Shown piece after piece: positions 51,691 through 62,356 of a stretch of 64,000 nucleotides of DNA (position 1 is its first letter; every line of letters starts with the position of its first letter). Below the pieces are notes generated by a model. It searched no databases, had not been told where the DNA came from, and saw only the letters and a program-made list of their open reading frames with translations. A program made the translations under genes and the position numbers. The stretch comes from an uncultured Bacillota bacterium (GTDB lineage: Bacteria; Bacillota_I; Bacilli_A; RF39; UBA660): assembly GCA_947165195.1 (NCBI GenBank), contig CAMUZJ010000001.1, forward strand, positions 14,288-78,287, in the 5' to 3' direction.

Positions 51691-53195
51691 TGAAAGTAAA
51701 AAACTATTTTCTAATAACCTTACTTTTAAGTACTGTTTTTACGACAGGTTTTGCTAAAATATTACAAAGTCCACAAACAGTATATAGAGTTTATTTAAAA
51801 GGTGAATCATTAGGATTAATATCTTCTAAAGTAGAATTAGAAAATTATATTGATAAAAAGGAAATAGAAATAAAAGAAAAATATGGAGTCGATAAAGTAT
51901 ATACTCCAACTGACTTAGATATAATTAAAGAAATAACTTATTATGATGAAGTAATACCCGTAAATAAAATTTATAATAAAATTAAAGATATATCTCCTTT
52001 TACAATTAGTGGGTATCAAATAACTATAAAGGGAATAGATACTCAAGATATGGAAGGTAAGACTATTAAAGGGCAAAGTCAAAATATTTATGTTTTAGAT
52101 AAAAAAGTATTTATAGATTCTATTGATAATACTGTTAAAGCATTTATAAAAGAAGATGATTTTGATGCGTTTGCCAATAAAACACAAGCAGAAATTATAG
52201 ATACTGGTACATTAATTGAAAATATATATATTGAAAATAAGATAACTATAAAAAAGGCGAATGTTCCTGTTAATGAGACAATATATCTAGATAAAGAAAC
52301 ACTAAGTCAATATTTATTATTTGGTACGACAAGTCCACAACAGACATATACGGTACAAGCAGGAGATACCATAGAAGATGTAGCGTTTAACAATAAAATA
52401 TCAACAGAAGAATTTTTAATTGCCAATCCTAATTTAACAAGTTCTAAGAGTTTGTTATATTCTGGACAACAAGTAACACTAGGAATATTAAAACCACAAA
52501 TCAATATTATTGAAGAAGATCATGTAGTAAAGAATGAAGAAGAGAATTATACGACAGTAACAGAAGAAGACCCTAATCAATATACTACGTATTCCCAAGT
52601 AAAACAGGCAGGAGTAAAAGGAGAAAACCGAGTAACTCAAAAGATTCAAAAAGTAAATGGTGAAACAATAAGAATAGCTAAAGTAGCTTCAGAGACAATT
52701 AGAGAACCTGTCCAAGAAATTATTGTAAAGGGTACAAAACCAGTAGGATATCAAGGGTATGGTAATGTCGTTCCTACAAGAGGAGAGTTTGGATGGCCGG
52801 CAACTTGTTCTACAATATCTAGTGGATTTGGTTGGCGCTGGGGAACATTACATGATGGTATTGATATTGCTGGATGTGGATATGGCTCTAATATCTTCGC
52901 AGCTCAATCTGGTACAGTAGTAGTATCCGCTAAGAAACCAGGGTATTATCCAGGAGGGTATGGAGATAATGGAGAATATATTATTATTGATCACCATAAT
53001 GGATATTACACAATCTATGCTCATATGTGTCCAGGATGTAGAGTAGTTAGTGCTGGTGATGAAGTACAAAAAGGACAAGTTATAGGTGCTATGGGTATGA
53101 CAGGAGCAGCATCAGGACCACACTTACACTTTGGTATTTGGTATGGATATCCGTATTATGGAGGAAGAGCGTACAACGCTATGAATTTCTATTAA
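51690..53195 (+). CDS. Secreted LysM-domain M23 peptidoglycan metalloendopeptidase
   Basis: Signal peptide, a LysM domain (YTVQAGDTIEDVAF...) and C-terminal M23 motifs (HDGIDIAG, HLHFGIW). The ATG overlaps the dnaB TGA stop (TGATG). Confidence 0.75.
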   Translation: MKVKNYFLITLLLSTVFTTGFAKILQSPQTVYRVYLKGESLGLISSKVELENYIDKKEIEIKEKYGVDKVYTPTDLDIIKEITYYDEVIPVNKIYNKIKDISPFTISGYQITIKGIDTQDMEGKTIKGQSQNIYVLDKKVFIDSIDNTVKAFIKEDDFDAFANKTQAEIIDTGTLIENIYIENKITIKKANVPVNETIYLDKETLSQYLLFGTTSPQQTYTVQAGDTIEDVAFNNKISTEEFLIANPNLTSSKSLLYSGQQVTLGILKPQINIIEEDHVVKNEEENYTTVTEEDPNQYTTYSQVKQAGVKGENRVTQKIQKVNGETIRIAKVASETIREPVQEIIVKGTKPVGYQGYGNVVPTRGEFGWPATCSTISSGFGWRWGTLHDGIDIAGCGYGSNIFAAQSGTVVVSAKKPGYYPGGYGDNGEYIIIDHHNGYYTIYAHMCPGCRVVSAGDEVQKGQVIGAMGMTGAASGPHLHFGIWYGYPYYGGRAYNAMNFY

Positions 53196-53196
53196 A

Positions 53197-53952
53197 ATGA
53201 AAGTACAGATGATATCAAGCGGCTCCAAAGGAAATTGTGCAGTAATATTAAGTGAAGATACTAATATCATAATAGATGCGGGAATTTCTTATCTAGCGCT
53301 AGAAAAAAAGTTAGAAGAGAATTCCCTTTCTTTTGATATGTTTGATGCTATATTAATTACACATTGCCATAAAGATCATACAAGTGGCCTTTCTTCTATT
53401 ATTAAACATTCCAAACTAAATGCATATATACCAGAAGCAATGTATGAAAGTTTAAGTACAATGATTCCATATACTAGATGTATCTTTATAGAAGATAAAT
53501 TTCAAATTAACTCTTTTGAAATAGAACTGATTCATACATCACATGATGCTCCATCTTCTGTTGGTTTTATTATAAAAAATACTAATAAGACTATGTGTTA
53601 CGTTACAGATACAGGATATATAAATAGAAAATTTCTAGCTAAAATGGTAGGGTTAGATTTATATGTAATAGAAAGTAATCATGATGAAATAATGTTAATG
53701 GATGGACCTTATCCTAGATTTTTAAAAGAAAGAGTCATTAGTGATAAAGGTCATCTATCCAATGCAACTACAGCCAAATATTTAAAAAAAATAATTGGTA
53801 AAAATACAAAAAATATAATATTGGCTCATTTAAGTCAAACAAACAATACAGAAGAATTGGCTTTAAAAACAGTAAGATTAGAAGTGCCGGATGAAAATAT
53901 AAAAATAATAATAGCAAAACAAGATGAAGTAGGCCCATTAATAGAGGTGTAA
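53197..53952 (+). CDS. yycJ: MBL-fold metallo-hydrolase, YycJ/WalJ-like
   Basis: ISSGSKGNCAVIL...IIDAGIS...ILITHCHKDHTSGL metallo-beta-lactamase motifs. It is followed by rlmH as in B. subtilis yycJ-...-rlmH. Confidence 0.8.
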   Translation: MKVQMISSGSKGNCAVILSEDTNIIIDAGISYLALEKKLEENSLSFDMFDAILITHCHKDHTSGLSSIIKHSKLNAYIPEAMYESLSTMIPYTRCIFIEDKFQINSFEIELIHTSHDAPSSVGFIIKNTNKTMCYVTDTGYINRKFLAKMVGLDLYVIESNHDEIMLMDGPYPRFLKERVISDKGHLSNATTAKYLKKIIGKNTKNIILAHLSQTNNTEELALKTVRLEVPDENIKIIIAKQDEVGPLIEV

Positions 53953-53953
53953 T

Positions 53954-54409
53954 ATGATAAAAATAATAACAGTGGGATCTATTAAAGAAAAATATTTGAT
54001 AGATGCTATAGAAGAATACAAAAAAAGATTAACTAGATATACTAATATAGAAATCATAGAAGTAAAAGATGAGGGATTGGTAGAACCTGAAAAAGCTATG
54101 AAATTAGAAGGGGAAAAAATAAAAAAACATATTTCTTCTAAAGATTACTTAATTACATTAGAGATAGAAGGAAAACAATTGAATTCTAAAGAGTTTTCAG
54201 AAAAAATAGAAAATGCTTTAATGGAAAACGGAAATATAGCATTTGTAATAGGTGGAAGTTACGGATTAAGTGAAGAGATTAAAGAGATGTCTAATTATAA
54301 ATTATCTTTTTCTAAAATGACATTTCCTCATCAATTATTTAGAGTGATTTTACTAGAACAAATATATAGAGGATTTAAAATAAAAAATAATGAGAGTTAT
54401 CATAAATAG
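53954..54409 (+). CDS. rlmH: 23S rRNA (pseudouridine1915-N3)-methyltransferase
   Basis: SPOUT-fold RlmH: MIKIITVGSIKEKYL...IAFVIGGSYGLS. Confidence 0.9.
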   Translation: MIKIITVGSIKEKYLIDAIEEYKKRLTRYTNIEIIEVKDEGLVEPEKAMKLEGEKIKKHISSKDYLITLEIEGKQLNSKEFSEKIENALMENGNIAFVIGGSYGLSEEIKEMSNYKLSFSKMTFPHQLFRVILLEQIYRGFKIKNNESYHK

Positions 54410-54420
54410 GAGTATGCAGT

Positions 54421-55083
54421 ATGATTGGTAATAAATGGGATGAATTATTAAGTGTTGAATATAATAAAGAGTATTTTAAGAATTTATTAGAGTTTTTAAA
54501 AGAAGAATATAAAAATAAGACGGTCTATCCAAAACAAAATGAAGTATTTAACGCTTTTAGATATACCTCCTTCGATGATGTTAAAGTAGTAATTATTGGA
54601 CAAGATCCATATCATGGACCAAAGCAAGCAGAAGGATTATCCTTTTCTGTCAGTAATGATGTCTTAAAGCCACCATCACTAAAAAATATATTTAAAGAGC
54701 TAGAAAGTGATTTAGGAATACCTTTTCCAGAATCTAACTCATTAAAACCTTGGGCTAGAGAAGGAGTACTATTATTAAATGCTGTATTAACGGTAGAAGA
54801 ACATAATCCTACTTCTCATAAAGATAAGGGCTGGGAACAATTTACCGATAACGTAATAAAAATTATAAATCAAAAACAAACACCTGTAGTATTCATATTA
54901 TGGGGAACATTTGCTAGAAGTAAAAAAAATCTAATAACTAACCCAATCCATTATATTATTGAGTCTGCTCATCCTTCTCCATTTTCTGCATACAACGGCT
55001 TTTTTGGAAGTAAGCCTTTTTCTAAAACAAATGAATTTTTAAGGAAAAACAATATAAAAGAAATAAATTGGAGGATAGAATGA
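54421..55083 (+). CDS. ung: Uracil-DNA glycosylase
   Basis: The GQDPYH catalytic motif and the HPSPFS motif. Confidence 0.9.
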   Translation: MIGNKWDELLSVEYNKEYFKNLLEFLKEEYKNKTVYPKQNEVFNAFRYTSFDDVKVVIIGQDPYHGPKQAEGLSFSVSNDVLKPPSLKNIFKELESDLGIPFPESNSLKPWAREGVLLLNAVLTVEEHNPTSHKDKGWEQFTDNVIKIINQKQTPVVFILWGTFARSKKNLITNPIHYIIESAHPSPFSAYNGFFGSKPFSKTNEFLRKNNIKEINWRIE

Positions 55084-55829
55084 TTAAAAAAATAGTAGAA
55101 AAGTTTTCAGATTTCTATATTATATTTTGCATATATGCCCTAATAGGATGGTTATATGAAGTCCTTTGGATGAGATTTGTAGTAGAACCTTTTGAATTTG
55201 TTAATAGAGGAGTATTATTTGGACCATTCCTACCAATATATGGATTTGGAATGTTGATACTATTTATACTTTTAGGAAAATTTATAAATAAAAAACATAC
55301 CGTACAAAATCCAATTTACTTATCAATATCTGTATTTACAATAATAACCTTTCTTTATATAACAATTATTGAACTTACAACTCCTAAAATATACCATGTA
55401 GATGAGTTCTTACATAATTATGGACTAGGACTTATAATCGTTAATATACTAGGAATAATAATAAGCAATATTATTGTTAAAAAGACTAAAAATAAAAAAA
55501 TTAAAAATATAGATACAACTATTGTCTTAACTTTTTTGCTAATTTGGATAATTACAACCTTAATAGAATATGTCTCTCATTACTTTATAGAAACATATTC
55601 GAATAAACTACTTTGGGATTATACCTATGACTTTTTAAACATTAATAAAAGAGTAAACTGGGACGCTAGTAGAAATTTCGCAATAGGGGGAACATTCCTA
55701 TTATACGTAATTCAACCACTAGTAAATAAATTTTTAAAAAATACTAAATTTAATAAAAAAATATTCATAACACTTATTATAGGTATACCAATGATTATTG
55801 ATTACATAATAAATGTCATATTAAAATAA
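55080..55829 (+). CDS. Polytopic membrane protein, possibly the DUF1113 / putative ABC-transporter type IV family
   Basis: LIGWLYEVLWMRFV...NRGVLFGPFLPIYGFGM resembles the GP(W/F)LPIYG motif of that family. The start is placed at the ATG at 55080 after a GGAGGA RBS; it overlaps the ung stop. Confidence 0.45.
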   Translation: MIKKIVEKFSDFYIIFCIYALIGWLYEVLWMRFVVEPFEFVNRGVLFGPFLPIYGFGMLILFILLGKFINKKHTVQNPIYLSISVFTIITFLYITIIELTTPKIYHVDEFLHNYGLGLIIVNILGIIISNIIVKKTKNKKIKNIDTTIVLTFLLIWIITTLIEYVSHYFIETYSNKLLWDYTYDFLNINKRVNWDASRNFAIGGTFLLYVIQPLVNKFLKNTKFNKKIFITLIIGIPMIIDYIINVILK

Positions 55830-55883
55830 AAGACTCTATATAATCGAATCTAATTATTAGACTTTGATTACTAAGAGTCTTTT

Positions 55884-56414
55884 TTAATCCATTAATATTT
55901 CACACATTTCTCTATTTTCATCATTATAAAAATCTTTTTTCTTATAACGTTTAAAAATAGCAATCATCTTAGATGGAAAAGAAGATACTAATTGGTTAAA
56001 GATAACTACATTATCATTATAAAACTTAATAGAACCAATAATAGCCTCCTCATTATCATTAAGCTCATGAAGAATTCTATTTAAAGCTTCACTTTTATAC
56101 AATTTTTCATTTTCATCAAGTACTTTAAATAAATCTGTATAAGCTCTTTTTAAAGTATCATTTAATTGAAAATGATTTAAATTAGCCATAGGAACATCAA
56201 TTAAATCTTCTAAGAAATGTTCTACCTTTACCTCTTTTGTTATAATAGGAGCAGTTCTTTCTAATAATTCTAACTTTTTTAATAATAAAATATCTAAATT
56301 ACTTTCTGCTTCATCAATTTTTATAATAGCAAAATTAAATTTATTATTGTATATTGTTATAATTAAAAAGATAAAAGATATTACAACAATAATCGCAATA
56401 ATTAACTCCAACAT
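55884..56414 (-). CDS. lemA: LemA-family membrane protein
   Basis: N-terminal TM segment and the C-terminal FYNDNVVIFNQLVSSFPSKMIAIFKRY LemA signature. Confidence 0.7.
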   Translation of the reverse strand: MLELIIAIIVVISFIFLIITIYNNKFNFAIIKIDEAESNLDILLLKKLELLERTAPIITKEVKVEHFLEDLIDVPMANLNHFQLNDTLKRAYTDLFKVLDENEKLYKSEALNRILHELNDNEEAIIGSIKFYNDNVVIFNQLVSSFPSKMIAIFKRYKKKDFYNDENREMCEILMD

Positions 56415-56483
56415 ATTATCCCTCCAATACTAATCCAATTATATCAAATTTCTGAATTATTGTATATTGGATAATAGAAATAA

Positions 56484-58454
56484 TTAAGAAGCATAATTAT
56501 CAGTATTAATTTCATCAAATGTTTGAAAAGCATTAGTAGGTTCTGTTCCTTTAATAAAATACATGAACTTCTTTTTTTCTGCTGTCTCATCTACAGGATT
56601 ACCAGAAATAGGATCTACTAATACTACCGTTACATTTTTAGGCATTGTATACCAAGAGTCAATATCTTTTTTATCTTTTTCATAATATTCTACTGATTCA
56701 TACCATATATTTTGAGCATACTTGTATTCCGTTGTCTTTAATGCTTGATTATCATCATATCCTACCCATACTGCACAAACAATATCCTTATTAAAGCCAA
56801 TATCCCAATTATCTGAATTAGTTGTACCACTTTTTAAGGCATATTTATGAGTTAATTTAGGTGCTAAGCTAATAGCAGTAGGATAATTATAATCAATATA
56901 ATCTGGATCATAGGTAGCAGTTAACATATTATTTAAAATAAAAGTAAGACTAGAATTAAGTACAGGTTCTTTTTCCTCTTTATTTTGATATAAAATAGTT
57001 CCTTTAGAATCTACTACCTTTTCAATAAAATGTGGTTTTACCTTATATCCTTCATTTGCGAAAGCAGAATAACCAGCAGCCATTTCTAAAATACTTATTT
57101 CATTAGTACCTAAAGGAAGAGATGGAATATCTTCTAATTTTGAAGTAATACCAACACGACGAGCAACATTAATTAGGGCATCACTTCCTAAAAATAGATG
57201 AGTTTTTACAGCATAAATATTTTCTGAATAAGCAATAGCAGTTGCCATAGAAATAGGTTTATTACCATACACATCATTATAATTTTTAGGAGAATAACTA
57301 TCTTTGCTTGAAGTATTAAAAGTAGTTTTTTCACTAGTAAAAGTAGAACTAGAAGTAAATCCGTTTTCTAAAGCAGCGTAATATAAATAAGGTTTCATAG
57401 TAGAACCTACTTGTCTTTTTGATTTTGTTGCTCGATTATAAGAAGATTCTAAATAATTTTTTCCTCCAATAAGAGCAATTATTCCACCAGTATTGGGATT
57501 CATCATAACAACAGATGTTTGAATGGAAGAGTCTTCCGGTAAAGTGTTTTTTACTGTGTTTTCTAAATTCTTTTGCATCTCTATATCTAAGTTTGTATAT
57601 ATTTTTAATTCATTAATATCAGTATAACTACTAGGAATATTACTTAAAGAATCTAATTCATCTAATACAGCATCTTGATAATACATAAGAGAGTTTATTC
57701 TTTCTTGATCTTCTGCTTTAGTAAATACTAATTCTTCTTGATATGCTTTATCTAATTCTTCCTCTGTAATAATATTATTATCTTTTAAAGCAGTTAAGAC
57801 TGTTAATTGCCTTTTTTTAGCTAATTCATAATTAATTAAAGGAGAATAATTAGAAGGAGATTTAGGAATCCCAGTTAAAATAGATGCCTCAGCTAAACTT
57901 AAATCTTTAGGTTCCTTATTAAAATAATATTTACTGGCATTTCCAATTCCATATTGTCCATGCCCATAATTGATAGTATTTAAATAACCCTCTAATATCT
58001 CATCTTTACTATAATTAGACTCTATTCTAATCGTATACCATGCTTCATCCCATTTTCTTTTCCAAGTTTTATCAAAACTTAAAAATAAATTTTTAGCATA
58101 TTGTTGAGTAATTGTAGAAGCTCCTTGTTTAGCAGAATGATTCGTAATATTTACATAAGATGCTTTTAATATTCGAAAAATATCAAATCCATAATGTTTA
58201 TAAAAGTTTTTATCTTCTGTATAAATAGTACAATTAATTAAATCTTTAGAAATATTTTCAAGAGAAGTCCACTCCTTAGATTGACTTCCTTCAAAGAAAA
58301 CATCATTATTAGAATCATATAATATAAGATTATTTGCATTATTAATTTGTAATTTAGGAGCTGTTTTTACATAAATGATTACACCAATAGAACTAAGAAT
58401 TAAGATAAATACATTAAACAATATAAATTTATAAAAAAAAGATTTTTTTTTCAT
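56484..58454 (-). CDS. Class A penicillin-binding protein (bifunctional glycosyltransferase/transpeptidase)
   Basis: GT51 motifs (EDKNFYKHYGFD, RKWDEA), transpeptidase SxxK (STMK) and KSGT motifs. The start is placed at MKKKSFFYKF (58454), which follows a GAGGT RBS. Confidence 0.85.
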   Translation of the reverse strand: MKKKSFFYKFILFNVFILILSSIGVIIYVKTAPKLQINNANNLILYDSNNDVFFEGSQSKEWTSLENISKDLINCTIYTEDKNFYKHYGFDIFRILKASYVNITNHSAKQGASTITQQYAKNLFLSFDKTWKRKWDEAWYTIRIESNYSKDEILEGYLNTINYGHGQYGIGNASKYYFNKEPKDLSLAEASILTGIPKSPSNYSPLINYELAKKRQLTVLTALKDNNIITEEELDKAYQEELVFTKAEDQERINSLMYYQDAVLDELDSLSNIPSSYTDINELKIYTNLDIEMQKNLENTVKNTLPEDSSIQTSVVMMNPNTGGIIALIGGKNYLESSYNRATKSKRQVGSTMKPYLYYAALENGFTSSSTFTSEKTTFNTSSKDSYSPKNYNDVYGNKPISMATAIAYSENIYAVKTHLFLGSDALINVARRVGITSKLEDIPSLPLGTNEISILEMAAGYSAFANEGYKVKPHFIEKVVDSKGTILYQNKEEKEPVLNSSLTFILNNMLTATYDPDYIDYNYPTAISLAPKLTHKYALKSGTTNSDNWDIGFNKDIVCAVWVGYDDNQALKTTEYKYAQNIWYESVEYYEKDKKDIDSWYTMPKNVTVVLVDPISGNPVDETAEKKKFMYFIKGTEPTNAFQTFDEINTDNYAS

Positions 58455-58561
58455 TCTATCAACCTCAAAAATAGTATGGAATATAAATAAAAAAATATGT
58501 ATTAAAATATTCATGATTGTGTTATAATGTATACTAAGTTTTTTTAGTGAGGGGTGATACT

Positions 58562-58921
58562 ATGAAAAAAACAATTAAAGTAACGACAATTAATGATGAA
58601 CAAACAATTGAATTTATAACTAATGCAATATATAATGATAACTATACAGAAGTTAAGTATCTAGAAGAAGATAAATTAAAAACTAAAGTTACTTATCATT
58701 TTAAAGACCATATATTTAATAGGAATAATAAAGAGCTTTCTTTGGAATATAAATGGATAGAAAAAGAAAAAACTTCTGGACAAATTTTTGTAAAAGACAT
58801 AGATAAATCATTAGATGTAGAAATTTATACAAATAAACTAGTATCACAGAATGGAAATATAGAAGTAGAGTTTTTTATAGAAAAGCAAAAAATAATTTAT
58901 AAAATAGAGGTGTTATCATGA
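58562..58921 (+). CDS. DUF1934 (YwiB-like) small beta-barrel protein
   Basis: Conserved position immediately upstream of and overlapping argS (ywiB-argS in Bacillus). The start is placed at the ATG after a GGGGTGA RBS. Confidence 0.5.
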   Translation: MKKTIKVTTINDEQTIEFITNAIYNDNYTEVKYLEEDKLKTKVTYHFKDHIFNRNNKELSLEYKWIEKEKTSGQIFVKDIDKSLDVEIYTNKLVSQNGNIEVEFFIEKQKIIYKIEVLS

Positions 58922-60666
58922 GCATAATAAAAAAAATAAATGAAGAATTAAAAACAATTTTTTATCAAGCAGGTTATGAAGTAGATAGTATTCATTTATT
59001 ACCATCTAATCGAAAAGATTTAGGAGACTTTCAAATTAATGAAGCTTTTTCTTTAGCAAAAAAATATGGTAAAAATCCTAGAGAAATAGCAGAGAATATT
59101 GTAAAAGAATTAGAAAAAGATAATAAATTTACAAATATTAATATTGCAGGAGCGGGATTTATAAATATAACGCTAACTGAAGATTACTTAGTAAAACAAT
59201 TAAATGAAATTACAAGTGATATTAATAAAAATATAGATAGACCCGAACCTAAAAAGATAATAATAGATTTTGGAGGAGCAAATGTATCCAAATCTTTGCA
59301 TGTTGGGCATTTAAGAAGTGCTATATTAGGAGAAGGATTAAAAAAATTAGGTAGACTTATGGGTTATACTGTATTAGGGGATGCCCATTTGGGAGATTAT
59401 GGTAGACCTTTAGGATTAGTAGAATTAGAAATTAAAAAAATGTACCCAAATTTAGCTTATTTTGATGAGAATTATGTAGGGGATTATACAGAAATACAAT
59501 TACCTATTACCAATGAAGATTTAGAAAAAATTTATCCAATAGCTTCAAAAAAAGCAAAAGAAGATGAAAATTACTTGGAAGAAGCAAGAGTAATTACTAC
59601 TAAAATTCAAAATAAAACTAAAGGTTACTATGAATTATGGAAAAAAATAGTAGATATTTCTAAAAAAGATATAAAAAGCGTATATGATAGTCTAAATGTT
59701 CATTATGATTTATGGCTAGGAGAAAGTGATTCTGTAGAATATATTGATGAACTTACTAGTATATTAGAGTCTAAAAATCTATTAAAAGATAGCGAAAATG
59801 CTAAAATTATAGAACTAGAAGAAGAAAACGATAAAGCACCAATGCCACCTCTTTTATTTATAAAATCGAATGGTTCTATATCTTATGAGACAACTGATTT
59901 AGCAACCATTCTACAAAGAAAAAAAGAATTTTCTCCAGATGAAATATGGTACTGCGTAGATGGAAGACAAAAATTACATTTTGAGCAAGTTTTTAGAGCA
60001 GCAAGAAAAGCTAACATAGTCGAAGAACAAGATAAACTAGAATTCATTGGTTTTGGAACAATGAACGGAAAAGATGGAAAACCATTTAAAACAAGAGATG
60101 GTGGGGTAATGACTCTTAAATCTTTAATAGAATTAGTAGAAGAAGAAACCTATAAAAGAATAGTTATTGCGATAGATGATGAAGAAGAAAAGAAAAATAT
60201 AGCAAGTAAAGTAGCAATTGCTTGTTTAAAGTATTCAGATTTTATACCATATAGAGAAACAGACTATATCTTTGAAATAGAAAAATTTGCTGATTTAGAA
60301 GGAAAAACAGGTTCTTATATTTTATATTCTACCATCAGAATGAATTCATTATTAAAAAAATCAGAAGGAATAAAAAAAGAAAAAATACATAGTCTAACAA
60401 CAACAGAAGAAAAAGAAATAGCGTTAACCATATTAAACTTACCAACTATTTTGACAAAAGCTTTAGAAATAAAATCTTTAAATGAAATAACAGAATACTT
60501 ATATAAATTGACATCGCAATATAACAAATTTTATTCTGAAAACAAGGTATTAGTAGAAGAAAATGAAAAAATACGTGAATCATGGTTAGTACTTACAAAA
60601 TTAGTTTATGACATAAATTGTCTTCTATTGGACACTTTAGGCATAGAAGTACCTGAAAAGATGTAA
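58918..60666 (+). CDS. argS: Arginyl-tRNA synthetase
   Basis: Class I HIGH-like motif (SKSLHVGHLRS) and the DALR anticodon-binding domain. Confidence 0.95.
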   Translation: MSIIKKINEELKTIFYQAGYEVDSIHLLPSNRKDLGDFQINEAFSLAKKYGKNPREIAENIVKELEKDNKFTNINIAGAGFINITLTEDYLVKQLNEITSDINKNIDRPEPKKIIIDFGGANVSKSLHVGHLRSAILGEGLKKLGRLMGYTVLGDAHLGDYGRPLGLVELEIKKMYPNLAYFDENYVGDYTEIQLPITNEDLEKIYPIASKKAKEDENYLEEARVITTKIQNKTKGYYELWKKIVDISKKDIKSVYDSLNVHYDLWLGESDSVEYIDELTSILESKNLLKDSENAKIIELEEENDKAPMPPLLFIKSNGSISYETTDLATILQRKKEFSPDEIWYCVDGRQKLHFEQVFRAARKANIVEEQDKLEFIGFGTMNGKDGKPFKTRDGGVMTLKSLIELVEEETYKRIVIAIDDEEEKKNIASKVAIACLKYSDFIPYRETDYIFEIEKFADLEGKTGSYILYSTIRMNSLLKKSEGIKKEKIHSLTTTEEKEIALTILNLPTILTKALEIKSLNEITEYLYKLTSQYNKFYSENKVLVEENEKIRESWLVLTKLVYDINCLLLDTLGIEVPEKM

Positions 60667-60774
60667 AAAAGTGTTGTATTTAGCTATAAATTATGTTATA
60701 AGTTTAATGGTAAAATTTTTACTAACAAAAATAAAATAATAACATATAATGTTTTGATATAAGGAGGGCTTATT

Positions 60775-61227
60775 ATGAGTCTAAATAATATGACAAAAGA
60801 TGAATTAGAACTATTATCTAATAAAGATATTACAAGTTTAATATTAGAAGATAGTAGTGAATCCATTAATACAGCTGATTTATTTAAAAAAATAATTGAA
60901 TTATTAGAATTACCAGAAAGTACTTTTGAAGATAAAATAGCAGAGTATTACACAGCTTTATCAACAGATAAAAGATTTATTATGTTAAAAGATGGAACTT
61001 GGGATTTGAGAGCTAGACATACATCTGATAAAGTCGTTAAAGTTCCAGATGAAGAGGAAGAAGACGAAGAAGAGGAATTAACAGAAGAAGAAAAAGAAGA
61101 AGATGATGATGAGCTAGAAGAAGATAGTTATGATGATACAGAAAGATCAGATTACGACGATGATGCCAATGAAGAATTAAAAGATCTTGTCATCTTAGAT
61201 GAAGATGAATTAGAACTAGAACAATAA
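60775..61227 (+). CDS. rpoE: RNA polymerase delta subunit
   Basis: HARE-HTH N-domain (EYYTALSTDKRFIMLKDGTWDLRARHT, compared with B. subtilis [25 protein letters not shown]) plus a highly acidic Asp/Glu-rich C-terminal tail. Confidence 0.85.
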   Translation: MSLNNMTKDELELLSNKDITSLILEDSSESINTADLFKKIIELLELPESTFEDKIAEYYTALSTDKRFIMLKDGTWDLRARHTSDKVVKVPDEEEEDEEEELTEEEKEEDDDELEEDSYDDTERSDYDDDANEELKDLVILDEDELELEQ

Positions 61228-61291
61228 TCTAGTTTTTTTCTTCAAAGAAATGTGATATAATACGTATGAAAACCGAAAGGGGAGAATAAAT

Positions 61292-62356
61292 ATGATAGAA
61301 AGATTAGATGCAACTTTAGAAAAGTATGAGTTTTTAGAATCAGAACTTACTAAAAGTGAAGTCCTTTCAGATGTAAAGAAAACAAGAGAATATTCAAAAC
61401 AAATGTCTGAATTGGAAGATGTAGTAAATTGCTATAAGAAATATAAAAATGTACTAGAAAATATAGAAAGTACAAAAGAAATGATTAAAGATCCAGAATT
61501 AGGAGAAATGGCAAAAGAAGAATTAAGAGAATTAGAGTTTGAAAAAACACATTTAGAAGATAGATTAGAAATACTATTAATTCCTAAAGATCCTAATGAT
61601 GGAAAAAATGTAATTATGGAAATTAGAGGAGCAGCAGGTGGAGATGAAGCAAATATCTTTGCTGGAGACTTATTTAGAATGTATACTAGATATGCAGAAA
61701 AAAAAGGATTTTCTTATCAAGTATATAACTCTATAGATGGAACAGCCGGAGGATTTAGTCAAATAGAGTTTATTATAAAAGGTTCTAATGCCTACTCTTT
61801 ATTAAAATATGAAAGCGGATCTCATAGAGTTCAAAGAGTACCAGTAACAGAATCTAATGGTAGACTACAAACTTCAACAGCAACTGTTTTAGTAATGCCA
61901 GAAGCAGATGAAGATGTAGATATAGAAATTAATCCTAGTGATTTAAGAATTGATATCTACCGTTCTAGTGGATGTGGTGGACAAGGAGTAAATACAACAG
62001 ATTCAGCTGTTAGAATTACACATTTACCTACCAATACAGTAGTAACTTGCCAAAATGAAAGAAGTCAAATTCAAAATAAAGAACAAGCTATGAAAGTACT
62101 AAAAACTCGACTTTATGAATTACAACAACAAGAAAAGTTAGAAAAAGAAGGTAATGAAAGACGTAGTAAAATAGGTACTGGAGATAGAGCAGAAAAAATA
62201 CGTACTTATAACTATCCACAAAACCGTGTAACTGATCATAGAATTGGTTTTACAACAAAAAACCTAGATAGAGTAATCGATGGAGATCTTGATGATATTA
62301 TAGATGCTTTAATTCAAGAAGACCAAAAAAGAAAACTTCAAGGAGAAGAAGTATAA
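61292..62356 (+). CDS. prfA: Peptide chain release factor 1
   Basis: The PST-analog tripeptide region, the GGQ motif (SGCGGQGVN) and the methylation site. Confidence 0.95.
   Translation: MIERLDATLEKYEFLESELTKSEVLSDVKKTREYSKQMSELEDVVNCYKKYKNVLENIESTKEMIKDPELGEMAKEELRELEFEKTHLEDRLEILLIPKDPNDGKNVIMEIRGAAGGDEANIFAGDLFRMYTRYAEKKGFSYQVYNSIDGTAGGFSQIEFIIKGSNAYSLLKYESGSHRVQRVPVTESNGRLQTSTATVLVMPEADEDVDIEINPSDLRIDIYRSSGCGGQGVNTTDSAVRITHLPTNTVVTCQNERSQIQNKEQAMKVLKTRLYELQQQEKLEKEGNERRSKIGTGDRAEKIRTYNYPQNRVTDHRIGFTTKNLDRVIDGDLDDIIDALIQEDQKRKLQGEEV

Noticed and set aside
55829-55884. Possible bidirectional terminator between the convergent membrane-protein gene and lemA
   Set aside because: AAGACTCT...AGAGTCTTTTTT can pair, but the loop is about 30 nt. 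That is too weak to call confidently without folding energy calculations.
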